Positions 35,501-44,504 of a stretch of 48,367 nt of DNA are shown here, piece by piece (position 1 is the stretch's first letter; each line of letters opens with the position of its first letter). Location: the IMG/VR virus record IMGVR_UViG_3300045988_113246, one strand, 5' to 3'. Origin of the DNA: a virus. The notes under the pieces are model-generated. The model had not been told where the DNA came from and searched no databases. It saw only the letters and a list, made by a program, of their open reading frames with translations. The translations under genes and the position numbers were made by a program.

Positions 35501-36798
35501 GCTCGACCTACATAGACTTCCTGCGCCGCAAGATAGCCGAACTTAACAAGCAGAAGGTAGAACTAAAGATAACCACAGAGGGCGAAGAGCAGTTAAACGT
35601 ACTTAAAGCCGCGTTAGACAAAGAAACCGGGCAGACCAAGAGCGTAAGCCAAGGTTTTAAGGATGCCTTCAAGAGTATAGGCAGTAGTATAGACTTCGTA
35701 TCGGGGTGCTTTGATAGTGTCATAGGCGGCATTAAGAAGATGGGCATTTCGATGGACGAGGAAACGGAAGCCATATTAGGCGACATTGGCGGCATGATGG
35801 ACGGAGCAAGCCAACTTGCAAGCGGCATCGCCACGGGCAACCCGTTAGGCGTTATTCAAGGTTCAATAGGTTTGCTTTCGTCAGCCTTCGACCTTTTCAA
35901 CTTCCGCGACCGCAAAGCCGAGAAGTCAATCAAGCGACACCAAGAAGCGGTAAAGAAGTTAGGCTACGCTTACAACGAGTTGGAACACGCCGTAGATAAG
36001 GCGTTAGGCGAAACGGTGTACCAAAACCAAAGCGCGGTAATACAAAACCTTCGCGCCCAGCAAAACGAGATACAAGGCATGATATCAGACGAGAAGGGCA
36101 AGAAGAAAAGCGACAAAAACCGCATAGCCGAATGGGAAGAGCAATACCGGGAAGTCGGGCGGCAAATTGAAGATATAATAGACGATATAACGCAGAGCAT
36201 CACGCAGACAACCGCTGGCGACCTCGCCAACAACTTAGCCGACGCACTTGTAGAAGCGTTTGAGGGCGGCGAGGACGCGGCAAAGGCTTTCGGCGATGTC
36301 GCTAACGACGTGCTTAAAAACGCGGTCAAAAACGCCATAAAACTGCAGTTCTTAGAGAAGCCATTGCAGAACGCAATAAAACAGCTTCAAAAAGATATGG
36401 GCTTCGACGAGGAAGGAAACGGCACTTTCGACGGACTAACAGAAGCCGAGCAAACGCGGTTTAAGAACGCCATAAAGGAAGCCGGGGCAAACTTCGCAGC
36501 CGCGATGGATATGTACAAAGACTTGTTTACGGATTTGGATAATACCGACCCTTCCACACTAAGCGGCGCGATTTCCAGCGCGAGCCAAGAAAGTATAGAC
36601 CTATTGGCAGGACAGACGAACGCGGTACGGCAGAACCAAGTAACAAGTATTCAGCTAATACGGGAGCAGCTTATGCACCTCGCAAACATGGATAGAGGTA
36701 TAGGCGTAATAGCCGACCGCGTACAAAGTATTATAAACCACCTTACGACAGCAGCCAGCGACGATAACGGGCTACGTTCACAAGGTATAACAGACTAA
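32575..36798 (+). CDS. Tape measure protein
   Basis: 1407 aa, coiled-coil rich, with a hydrophobic block (ATVLMSTLTLGLAAAITAVIAIIEHF). Canonical position. Confidence 0.85.
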   Translation: MNIQGGGLSFEISGTNKQLLQVLSESKKAIQTFSTEAVKGGKDIEKVFEAAKAAIDKGFRQIDTIVDTNDAAIRKLKAQYNELGKALNTAYMTPGAEKEFTNIQNRRRELEKEIKVRQQIINEAGQQADALLKEEQALNERKAALDNMNNKYESIRTQLRKAKEELMQMAAAGKRGTEEYAKQQQEVARLTAAMKSANKQATVLANPNKMFAGVISGLTLMTSGYQAVTGAMGLFAGENENLQRIMVKVQSLMSITMALQTAYTQLNKNSAFQLVLVAKAKDMLTAANTRLAAALGVSNAMATVLMSTLTLGLAAAITAVIAIIEHFTSKQAEAKKQADEFNKKVAEAAVKPVFAYKELQSEWLSLTGSMKDKEKWVQDNADKFADLGFSVKNAKQAEDLLINNTANFTAACIAKAKALAAQNLASEKYEAILKKQAEIDAMPDKTSTYVQTSSFGTGYWVEGENTAKKKAKQKLAEMQKNANALIQQQIKFTQEEQAYLKKIGMQAGQVVAGSVEAAEKELSRLRDLYKKAGTDAERNSLAKKIAKQEAEVERLSYKSSSKGGKSGGSGSKSTKDPYAEELKTRKELYAKYLKWVTSEDKTVREAAPTEFAALLKGGTSYLDYLNKQRDSIEAKAKKTATDLKNLSTLNNEIAESTKEFVLSDFDAQLNKELEQCKTIGEQLAVIAKKREELKNDNSDVDNAKKERLDTKETDTKEQAKKETAELLKEYAGYLQEKLDFEESYARNRELLAKQAAEASTEEERKVAEAALEGLEKKRQEYAKRSGSEQYDKLLEEYQSYQQKQTAIQEKYSQQRAEAEEQGNLAMISQINAKEQEELSKLAASRLMATESWNQLFSDISRLSSSTIKKLLEDINNKKINLSAQFNPTDLKAINDQLMNARNELEKRNPFLSLKNSLSELRTAMKAEKLLESDDPFVKSLQEKKKQYQDYTDAVNSSGEILAGSAKDAYADLLSQGSTYIDFLRRKIAELNKQKVELKITTEGEEQLNVLKAALDKETGQTKSVSQGFKDAFKSIGSSIDFVSGCFDSVIGGIKKMGISMDEETEAILGDIGGMMDGASQLASGIATGNPLGVIQGSIGLLSSAFDLFNFRDRKAEKSIKRHQEAVKKLGYAYNELEHAVDKALGETVYQNQSAVIQNLRAQQNEIQGMISDEKGKKKSDKNRIAEWEEQYREVGRQIEDIIDDITQSITQTTAGDLANNLADALVEAFEGGEDAAKAFGDVANDVLKNAVKNAIKLQFLEKPLQNAIKQLQKDMGFDEEGNGTFDGLTEAEQTRFKNAIKEAGANFAAAMDMYKDLFTDLDNTDPSTLSGAISSASQESIDLLAGQTNAVRQNQVTSIQLIREQLMHLANMDRGIGVIADRVQSIINHLTTAASDDNGLRSQGITD

Positions 36799-36802
36799 AG
36801 GC

Positions 36803-37309
36803 ATGGAGCTAAAGGAACTAAAGAAAAGGTTAGCGGCAGAAGCCAAGGAAAAGGGCATTTGCCGCGAGTGGTACGAGTTCATCCTAAACGCGCCTTCTAA
36901 GGAACGTTTGCTAACGCTATTCGTTAAAGGTTTGGACTTTTGCGTAGAAAACGACTATCCATCCGCGCAGCTTCGCGCGGAGTTTGCCGGGCTACGCCAG
37001 CACTTCGGCATCTTCATGAGCGACCACATCAGCGTAAAAAGCGGTAAGTACGTTATAGCCTTCGGCACGTCAGAGGGCAAGGCAACTTATAGCGGCTTCG
37101 ACGTGGCGCAGATTTGGGCGCGTGAGGACACGCGGCTGGAGGTAACTGCAACCGATAACGCGGTAGTCTGCATTGAGGTAGCAGACAGGGCGCAAGTAAC
37201 GATAACAGCAAGCGGAGCGGCTCGCGTTAGTGTGTTCCTTCACGGCGGAACAATAACCAAGAACGCGACCGACAAAGCTACTATTAAAGTCATTGATAAA
37301 AGCGAATAA
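36803..37309 (+). CDS. Hypothetical tail-associated protein
   Basis: 168-aa ORF between the tape-measure and distal tail genes. Confidence 0.45.
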   Translation: MELKELKKRLAAEAKEKGICREWYEFILNAPSKERLLTLFVKGLDFCVENDYPSAQLRAEFAGLRQHFGIFMSDHISVKSGKYVIAFGTSEGKATYSGFDVAQIWAREDTRLEVTATDNAVVCIEVADRAQVTITASGAARVSVFLHGGTITKNATDKATIKVIDKSE

Positions 37310-37311
37310 TT

Positions 37312-38529
37312 ATGGCAACAGAGAATAACGTTATACTTAACCTTCCGTTTGACGAAGCCAGCGGCTCGCAAGTGGCATACGACTACGCGCAGAACCGCCA
37401 CGACGCAACGGTAACAGATTGTACATTTGTAACGGGCAAGCAGGGCAACTGCATCCATTTTGACGGAAACGGACACGCCGACATAGACAACGACGTAGTA
37501 CGGCTTTCGGGCAACTTCACTATTATAGCGTGGATTAAAGCCGGGAAGTACGAGGACGGATGCACGGCAAGGCGTGTAGGTTTGTTTTGCAATACCGACC
37601 AAGTGGAGGGCTACAGCGAAAGTTGGATAGACATAGAACCCGATAGCTGGGGTTACTACGCGGTCAGAAAGCAGGGCAACGCGGTAAGCATCTATTTAGA
37701 CACGCAGCTAATAGACAGTTTCATCCTGCCGACCACCTTAACGGGAGTAGCTTTAGTGCAAGACATTTACGGCACAGAAAACGGCTACGGCGATTTGGAC
37801 GAGCTGAAAATCTACGATGTTGCGCTAAGTGAAGCCGAGATAGCGGAAGAACTTAACAACATTTCGCAACTTGAATACTTCTTAGGCGGCGTTAGCTTTA
37901 ACGACCTTGATTTGCATGTAGAAAGTTCTACGGGAGTGTTAGACCTTCCAAAGCTAAAGACACCTACCTCCGTAGATTGGGCAGACTACCACGGCGAGGT
38001 AATAGACCTTACCGAAAAACGCTACCAAGCACGCGAAATAACGCTTAACTGCTGGCTTCGCGCAAAGGGTAAGATGGACTTCACGGAACGAGTAAACCGA
38101 GTGTACGACATTCTTAGACAGGACGGAACGCAACGCCTTATGATTTCGATACACCCTACAAAGCCGCTTGTTTACGAGGTTTACTGCGAGGACGGCGTAG
38201 CACCTTCCAAACGTTGGCACAACGATAAGATGATAGGTACTTTTTCGCTGAAGCTAAAAGAACCCGACCCCGTTAAGCGAGTGATACGCCACCAGCGCAT
38301 GAACTACGCCACCAGCGAACTAAAGATAGAGCTAAAGAGCGACAAGATGATTACTATCTATTGGGGCGACGGAGAGGTAACGGCGGACGTTTACGGCGAC
38401 TGCACGGGCGACAACGCGATAAAGCACACCTACGCGGACAACGGCATCTACTACGCCATTGTCGGCGGCGTGATTGAGGAGATAACCGAATTTTCCACTA
38501 ACGGCATCGTAGTATGGAACAAATTATAA
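37312..38529 (+). CDS. Distal tail protein with an N-terminal LamG/concanavalin-like lectin domain
   Basis: 405 aa. The N-terminus LPFDEASGSQVAYDY...GNCIHFDGNGHADI...FTIIAWIK is LamG-like. The C-terminal half fits the Dit position. Confidence 0.6.
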   Translation: MATENNVILNLPFDEASGSQVAYDYAQNRHDATVTDCTFVTGKQGNCIHFDGNGHADIDNDVVRLSGNFTIIAWIKAGKYEDGCTARRVGLFCNTDQVEGYSESWIDIEPDSWGYYAVRKQGNAVSIYLDTQLIDSFILPTTLTGVALVQDIYGTENGYGDLDELKIYDVALSEAEIAEELNNISQLEYFLGGVSFNDLDLHVESSTGVLDLPKLKTPTSVDWADYHGEVIDLTEKRYQAREITLNCWLRAKGKMDFTERVNRVYDILRQDGTQRLMISIHPTKPLVYEVYCEDGVAPSKRWHNDKMIGTFSLKLKEPDPVKRVIRHQRMNYATSELKIELKSDKMITIYWGDGEVTADVYGDCTGDNAIKHTYADNGIYYAIVGGVIEEITEFSTNGIVVWNKL

Positions 38530-41500
38530 TTTACCACCCGGACGGGACGGCAATACCGCTGATAAGCAAGAAGAATGTTAGCGTAGTGAGTAAGGCGACA
38601 CAGAAAACCGCCTTACTTTCTGATGACGTTATAAGTATTACCGTTTCGTCCGCCGTGCCTTTGGATTTGCGTATAGGCGACACGGCACGCATTTACGGCA
38701 AGCCCTACAAACTTAACCAACTGCCCGAACCAACGAAGAACGGCGAACGCCGCTATTCCTACGAGTTACGGCTGGAGGGTTTGCAGTACGATTTAATAGA
38801 TGTTCATTACCATCTGCCCGAAAACGCATACGGTGAAACGTTCTACGCAGACCTTAAAGGGCATTTAGCCGTATTGGTTTGGAACATTAACCGCATTTAC
38901 CCGAACAAATGGGCGTTAGGCGAGTTCCCGGAAGATACGGACTACAAGAACATCACGAACAGCGAGAAGAACGCCCTCCAAGTGTTGCAGGAACTTTGCA
39001 GCGACTACGGCGTAGAATTTGAGATTACCACAGACGGAAAGCACCACACGCTCAACGTAAGGAAGCAAGTAGGCATAACCCACGCCTTTACGCTTCGTTT
39101 TGGGCGCGGTAAGGGCTTGTACCAGCTTGCACGTAAGAACGTGAACAACGCCGGGATAACAAACCGCCTTTACGTTTACGGAGGTACGGAGAACTTAGGA
39201 AGCAATTACGGACATACAAAGCTATGCCTTCCGGGTACTACGCGCCTTTCTTCATTTCTTGAAGATAAGGAATCTATCGGTATTTACGGAGTGAAGGAGG
39301 GCGAAAAGAACTATTCAGACATAAAGCCCCAGCGTGTAGGCACGGTTACGGCTTTGGGTAAGGACGTTATTACTTTCGTGGATGAAACGATGTTCGACCT
39401 TAACACGAAGGATAAGGACGGCAAAAGTACAAAGTACCTTATAGCAGGAACAAACGCTAAGATTAAGTTTGAAAGCGGACAACTTGCCGGGTACGAATTT
39501 GATTTGCACACCTACGATCATGCTACGCACACATTCGTAATAAACAAGTTTACGGACGATAACGGCATGGTTTTCCCGTCAGAGGAAACGGCATCTTTCC
39601 AAATTCAGAAGGGCGACAAGTATAGCATCTTTGACATAAACCTCCCCGACGAGTACAGAACAAAAGCCGAAAAGGAGTTAGCCGAGGAAGCCACGAAATA
39701 TCTCCCAACAGTCAGCCAGCCGCAAGTAAGCTACAAACTATCGCTTACTGAAGGTTTCTTTACGCAGCTTTGGGGCAAGGACACGGCAACGGAGGTTTTA
39801 CACGTCGGCGACTTCATAAAGATAGAGGACGAGCAAATAGGCGTAAGCAAAGCCGTAAGGATAACGCAGATAGACCGCAACCTCTTGAAACGCCACAGCT
39901 ACGACATCACACTAAGCGACACCGTAACCAAGAGTACAACGGTAAAGGTTATAAACAACTTGCAGGAGATTAACGAAACGATTGCTATAAACAAATTGGC
40001 AGACCCGACCAAGGCTCGCAGGAAGTGGAGGGCAACCCAAGAACTTCTAAGCATGGTATTCGACCCCGAAGGCGACTATTACAGCGAGAAAATAAAACCG
40101 CTTTCCATTGATACGCAGATGTTGAGCGTAGGCGCGAAAAGTACGCAGTTCACGCTGTTAAACGTTACCTTCCAACCGAACTATAACGGCGACGCTAATA
40201 CGCTTTACGTTTCGCCCGGACGATTGGCACACTACGCCATAGACCCCGAAGGCGTAAAGTATTGGCTATTGGACGGTGCAACGTTTGCCGAACTTGACGC
40301 GAATACGGCATACTACATTTACGCCCGATGCTCAACAACGGAAGCAAGCGGCGTTATAACGCTTTCCACAACGGCAAAGGCAGTAAGTAGCGAAGTTGGC
40401 TATTATAACTTTCTTGTTGGTGTGCTTAACTCCGTGGTAACGGACGCGGACGGCGGCAGACCCGGAAGGCTCGTTAGCCTTACTTACGGAAGTACAACCG
40501 TAAACGGGCGTTTTGTCAGAACGGGACGCATTGAAAGCAACGGCGGCGGTAAGTGTTACTTCGATTTGGATAACGACGAGATAGGCGGCGTTATTCATTT
40601 TGTCGGCAGCGACGGAACAATAAAGAACGTTTCAGACGTTGATGACAAGACCAACGAAGTAAAGGACTACATAAACAACACGCTTCCCGGTATCCTTAAC
40701 GGCATACAAGAGCAGATAGACGGAGTTATAGAACAATGGTTTTACACTACCGACCCTTCACCGCTTTACGAAAGTCCTAACGCCGAAGGCGCAGAGCCTA
40801 ACAGCGAATGGACTACAAACGAGGAGAAAGAAGAGCATTTAGGCGACTTGTACTATAACACCGAAACGGGCAAAGTGTGGCGATACGTCAAGCGTTTATG
40901 GCGACCAAGACCGGGAGCGGCTGCGGCAACGCGATACTGCTGGCAGGAGCTACAAGACACCGAGCTATCCCAAGCGTTGGCACTTGCAAAGGACGCTTTA
41001 GCGACAGCCAACAAGAAGGCGCAGATATTTGTAGCCACGCCGACAACGCCGTACTACGTCGGCGACTTGTGGGTACAAGGTTCTACGGGCGACATCCTAC
41101 GATGCAAAACCGAAAGGCTTGAAGGCTCGTATAGTTCTTCCGATTGGGAAAAGGCAAGCAAGTACACCGACAACAGCGAGCTGACCAACTTTATAAACAA
41201 CAACTTCGCGAACACGGTAAGCGACCTAACCAACCAAATAGACGGTAAAATAGAAAGTTGGTTTCAGACAACCGACCCTGCAAGTAATTGGACAGCCACA
41301 GATAAGGCTAAACACGTCGGCGATATGTGGTACAACACCCTAACGAAGGAACTAAAGCGATACACGATGACAGTAGTAACGCTTCCAAGTTCTACAATCG
41401 CGCGTATAGTATATTCGTGGAATAAGATAGAGGACAAGACCGCGCTGGACGCATACGACGCAGCCAGCAAAGCACAGGACACGGCAGACGGCAAACGCCA

Positions 41501-42656
41501 AGTTTTCGTAAGTCAGCCTTACCCTCCCTACGATATAGGCGACCTTTGGCTAACGGGCGACAGCACGAACGGACAGCTGAAGCGATGCGCGACCGCGAGG
41601 GCTACGGGCTCTTTTGTGGCTAACGATTGGGTAATAGCGACATACTACGACAACACGCAGACCACAATAGACGGCGGCATCGTAACAGCCGGAACGGTAC
41701 AGCTTGCTAACGGCAATTCGCAAAGTATTGTAGCTGGCATTACGGGCGGCGAAACAGAAGCAGCCAACACCAGCGAAGAACGTAAGGTTAGGATTTGGGC
41801 AGGAGCGAGCAAGGAAAACCGATTTACCGCGCCCTTCCGGGTGCTTCAAGATGGTAGCTTTGTTGCGTCGAAAGGCAAGATTACGGGCGAGATAAACGCG
41901 AACACTGGAAGTATAGGCGGTTTTAACATCGCATACGGACACATAGGCGCAGAAACAGAAAGCGGCTCACGCGGTGGAGGTTTGTCTATATACAACGATT
42001 TTATAAATCTTGCAAACAGCGACCGCCGCGTATCATTAAGTTGTGATAGCGTGTTTCCTTCCTCTTCGGCTCTTATTGGTGTAGGCTACTTTGAAAACAA
42101 GGTAAGCCAGCCATACAACACGAATTATGGTATTTCCGTATTCGTGTCGGGCGGTTTGGTAAACATCGCTTTAGCGGCACATGGTGCAGTAGTAAGCGAA
42201 AGTTACGCGGTAGATTACGGAATAGCCAAAGTAACGCCTTCCGTTAATACCTGTCTTGTACCGGGCGACCTTACGAAGCCTACGATATTCAAGATTATGG
42301 CAAAGTTCATTTACAGCAATAGCGGTATAGGACTACCGACGCGCGACACCGTTTGCGAAGAATTAGGAATATCCAGCAGCGGAACGCCATTTGCGGTAAG
42401 GATAGTTATCATTTGCGACAGAAGCAGCACGCAAACCGGGTACGTTACGGGGCGCAATACCTTTGTTACGGGCAAGAACGCGGCAGGACAAACGACCTAT
42501 CCGATGAATACCAACCAATACCCATACCGCCTAAACAACAACGGAGGTAACGAAACGGATAAATGGAACATGGCAAAGGGCGACATACGCGAATTTATGT
42601 TAGTGTGGGACGGCAGCAGCGAATATTACGCATATTTGCTCAACATACGCGAATAA
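38514..42656 (+). CDS. Tail tip / host-specificity protein (Tal-like) with internal tandem repeats
   Basis: 1380 aa, downstream of Dit. It has two repeats of about 130 aa sharing IDGxIExWFxTTDP...GDxWYNT...Y(Y/D)(V/I)GDLW...L(R/K)RC. Confidence 0.7.
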   Translation: MEQIIIYHPDGTAIPLISKKNVSVVSKATQKTALLSDDVISITVSSAVPLDLRIGDTARIYGKPYKLNQLPEPTKNGERRYSYELRLEGLQYDLIDVHYHLPENAYGETFYADLKGHLAVLVWNINRIYPNKWALGEFPEDTDYKNITNSEKNALQVLQELCSDYGVEFEITTDGKHHTLNVRKQVGITHAFTLRFGRGKGLYQLARKNVNNAGITNRLYVYGGTENLGSNYGHTKLCLPGTTRLSSFLEDKESIGIYGVKEGEKNYSDIKPQRVGTVTALGKDVITFVDETMFDLNTKDKDGKSTKYLIAGTNAKIKFESGQLAGYEFDLHTYDHATHTFVINKFTDDNGMVFPSEETASFQIQKGDKYSIFDINLPDEYRTKAEKELAEEATKYLPTVSQPQVSYKLSLTEGFFTQLWGKDTATEVLHVGDFIKIEDEQIGVSKAVRITQIDRNLLKRHSYDITLSDTVTKSTTVKVINNLQEINETIAINKLADPTKARRKWRATQELLSMVFDPEGDYYSEKIKPLSIDTQMLSVGAKSTQFTLLNVTFQPNYNGDANTLYVSPGRLAHYAIDPEGVKYWLLDGATFAELDANTAYYIYARCSTTEASGVITLSTTAKAVSSEVGYYNFLVGVLNSVVTDADGGRPGRLVSLTYGSTTVNGRFVRTGRIESNGGGKCYFDLDNDEIGGVIHFVGSDGTIKNVSDVDDKTNEVKDYINNTLPGILNGIQEQIDGVIEQWFYTTDPSPLYESPNAEGAEPNSEWTTNEEKEEHLGDLYYNTETGKVWRYVKRLWRPRPGAAAATRYCWQELQDTELSQALALAKDALATANKKAQIFVATPTTPYYVGDLWVQGSTGDILRCKTERLEGSYSSSDWEKASKYTDNSELTNFINNNFANTVSDLTNQIDGKIESWFQTTDPASNWTATDKAKHVGDMWYNTLTKELKRYTMTVVTLPSSTIARIVYSWNKIEDKTALDAYDAASKAQDTADGKRQVFVSQPYPPYDIGDLWLTGDSTNGQLKRCATARATGSFVANDWVIATYYDNTQTTIDGGIVTAGTVQLANGNSQSIVAGITGGETEAANTSEERKVRIWAGASKENRFTAPFRVLQDGSFVASKGKITGEINANTGSIGGFNIAYGHIGAETESGSRGGGLSIYNDFINLANSDRRVSLSCDSVFPSSSALIGVGYFENKVSQPYNTNYGISVFVSGGLVNIALAAHGAVVSESYAVDYGIAKVTPSVNTCLVPGDLTKPTIFKIMAKFIYSNSGIGLPTRDTVCEELGISSSGTPFAVRIVIICDRSSTQTGYVTGRNTFVTGKNAAGQTTYPMNTNQYPYRLNNNGGNETDKWNMAKGDIREFMLVWDGSSEYYAYLLNIRE

Positions 42657-42710
42657 CAGAATTTACGAAAGAGCAAAGGGGAAAAGTAGATTTCTAAGGC
42701 AAAAAGTAGA

Positions 42711-42744
42711 TTTGTACGCGAAAATTCACGGCTTCGCGTACAAA
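42711..42744 (+). terminator. Hairpin after the tail operon (terminator or operator)
   Basis: 12-bp stem tttgtacgcgaa / ttcgcgtacaaa with a 10-nt loop. No U-tract. It overlaps the first bases of the inverted 11-mer element. Confidence 0.4.
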
Positions 42745-42764
42745 CACTTCGCCAACATTTCGCA
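42741..42764 (-). promoter_or_regulatory. Tandem 11-mer element, inverted (copy 3 of 3)
   Basis: The reverse complement reads GCGAAATGTT-GGCGAAGTGTT-TG. The 17-nt core TGTTGGCGAAGTGTTTG is identical to 26969..26985. It lies 27 nt upstream of the -7 box of the DGR operon. Confidence 0.5.
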
Positions 42765-42791
42765 GCGTATCAAAATAACACGAAAGGTTTA

Positions 42792-42799
42792 TACCTTTG
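42792..42799 (+). promoter_or_regulatory. Candidate -7 box TACCTTTG (DGR target operon)
   Basis: Matches TAnnTTTG, 28 nt upstream of the ATG at 42827. Confidence 0.45.
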
Positions 42800-42826
42800 C
42801 AAAGCAATTATTAAAAAAGACAGATT

Positions 42827-43087
42827 ATGCAGAACAGAAACGGCGACCAAGTGAGCGCACAAATATCAGTAGCCGGGAAGGTGGACTTTTCCGGCGGCAG
42901 CTTCCGCAAAGATACCCCGTTTTGTTTGAAGAACGACGGAGAAACGGCGGTAACGCTTGAAGTGAACCTTTGGGGGATGCCCGAAGGCGAGTTTATAAGC
43001 ACACGATTTGAAACAGGCTGGAATCCCGAAATTATACGCGAGGTAAAAGCCACAAGTTTAACTAACGCCCTTGTTTGGGGCTATTAA
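42827..43087 (+). CDS. Hypothetical small protein, first gene of the DGR operon
   Basis: 86-aa ORF. Confidence 0.45.
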   Translation: MQNRNGDQVSAQISVAGKVDFSGGSFRKDTPFCLKNDGETAVTLEVNLWGMPEGEFISTRFETGWNPEIIREVKATSLTNALVWGY

Positions 43088-43098
43088 AACATACTATT

Positions 43099-44424
43099 AT
43101 GGGCATATTCATAGGTATAGGCAACACGAAGCCTACATTTCCTTACGACTACTATTATGGCGTGAAGATTGACTTAAACGTAGCAGACCCGGCACTCGTC
43201 AGAGTAGGCAGACCCGAACTGCACGTTTCGTTACCCGTTCAGTCATTGATGCGCCGCTGCTTGATTAACGACGAAGGCAAGGTAACGGCATACTTGCACC
43301 CGACTGACAGCACCAAGACGGACATGGGAGCAGCCGCCGACCTTTCGGGATCCTCCGGCATGGTCATGGTAGAGATACCCAAGCACTACCGTAAATTCGA
43401 GTTCGACGGGCAGACCGTAACCGCGCTTATTTCATTGTATCCCCTTCCGGGCTTCCACGTTGTACCGAAGATGTACCGAAGCGCATACGAAGCCACGGTA
43501 GACCGCACGGCATCGGCAACGCCAAAACTTGCAAGCGTGGTAAACACTACCGCAGCCTTCCGAGGTGGAAACAATAACGCCGCCTACGACGGAACGTATA
43601 GAACCTTCCTCGGACTTCCGGCTACGCAGATTTCATTAACCAACTTCCGCAAGTACGCACGCAACAGAGGAGCGGCAGGGCTTAACGGCGCAGGGTGGAA
43701 CTGCGACCTTTACGCCGCGCAGCTTGCAACATATTGGCTTTACGTTATTGAGTACGCCAACCTTAACAGCCAAAAGGCATTTAACGCAGAGCCAACAAGC
43801 GAGGGGTACAAGCAGGGAGGACTCGGCGACGGCGTTACTATATGGAACGGCGATTGGAACACCTACAACGGCAATTACCCAATTATTCCATGTGGCGTAA
43901 CAAATTCGTTGGGCAACCGCACGGGAGTAGTAGAATACACCGTAAGCAACGGCGACAAGATTAGCAAGACCTTTAACGTACCTTCATACCGAGGAATAGA
44001 AAACCCATTCGGGCATATTTGGTCATGGACAGACGGCTGCAAGTGTGAGATACAGAGCGAAACGGACGGAGGGCTGGCAAAGTTCTACGTTTGCGATGAC
44101 CCGGCAAAGTTCCAAGATACCAGCTACAACGACTACCAGCAGCGCGGACTATTACCGCGTAATGAAGGTTACGTTAAGCGCATGATGATAGGTGAGTACG
44201 GAGAGAACATGCCGACAGAGTTAGGCGGCAATTCCGCAACCTACTACTGCGACTATTACTATACCAATATACCAACGTCCGGGACAGCTATGCGCGGTGT
44301 CCTGTTCGGTGGTAGCGCGTATAACGGCGCGTCTGCCGGGCTTTCGTTCGCGTTTACGAATCACGCGGCTACGTCTACGTCTGCGCACTTCGGCTCTCGG
44401 CTTTGCTTTATTCCCGAAGCCTAA
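43099..44424 (+). CDS. DGR target protein 1 (tail-fibre/receptor-binding candidate with a C-type-lectin/FGE-like C-terminus)
   Basis: 441 aa from the ATG at 43099. The C-terminus GVLFGGSAYNGASAGLSFAFTNHAATSTSAHFGSRLCFIPEA is encoded by VR1. Confidence 0.8.
   Translation: MGIFIGIGNTKPTFPYDYYYGVKIDLNVADPALVRVGRPELHVSLPVQSLMRRCLINDEGKVTAYLHPTDSTKTDMGAAADLSGSSGMVMVEIPKHYRKFEFDGQTVTALISLYPLPGFHVVPKMYRSAYEATVDRTASATPKLASVVNTTAAFRGGNNNAAYDGTYRTFLGLPATQISLTNFRKYARNRGAAGLNGAGWNCDLYAAQLATYWLYVIEYANLNSQKAFNAEPTSEGYKQGGLGDGVTIWNGDWNTYNGNYPIIPCGVTNSLGNRTGVVEYTVSNGDKISKTFNVPSYRGIENPFGHIWSWTDGCKCEIQSETDGGLAKFYVCDDPAKFQDTSYNDYQQRGLLPRNEGYVKRMMIGEYGENMPTELGGNSATYYCDYYYTNIPTSGTAMRGVLFGGSAYNGASAGLSFAFTNHAATSTSAHFGSRLCFIPEA
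44296..44407 (+). repeat. DGR variable region VR1
   Basis: 112 nt align without gaps to TR 44889..45000. I count 17 mismatches at TR adenines and one T-to-G at TR 44998. Confidence 0.85.
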
Positions 44425-44448
44425 CACGCAACGATAACGTTAAACACG

Positions 44449-44483
44449 ACCCAACCGCCGCGCTCCATATTCGGCGGTTGGGT
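44449..44483 (+). other. Perfect 12-bp hairpin downstream of VR1
   Basis: acccaaccgccg / cggcggttgggt with an 11-nt loop. No U-tract. It lies 25 nt after the target stop codon. Confidence 0.5.
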
Positions 44484-44504
44484 TCAATAAAAATACATTC
44501 AGCT

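Noticed and set aside
32883-36338. Numerous minus-strand ORFs antisense to the tape-measure gene, with similar cases antisense to the ATPase, portal, MuF and tail genes
   Set aside because: They are low-complexity Ser/Leu/Ala/Arg-rich translations typical of the antisense strand of biased coding sequence. All are nested in long, motif-supported plus-strand genes.
44449-44483. The hairpin downstream of VR1 as the DGR target-recognition cruciform
   Set aside because: In the BPP-1 model that element lies immediately after IMH and has a short loop. This hairpin lies about 40 nt further downstream, past the stop codon, has an 11-nt loop, and has no counterpart after VR2. It is kept only as a generic hairpin or possible terminator.
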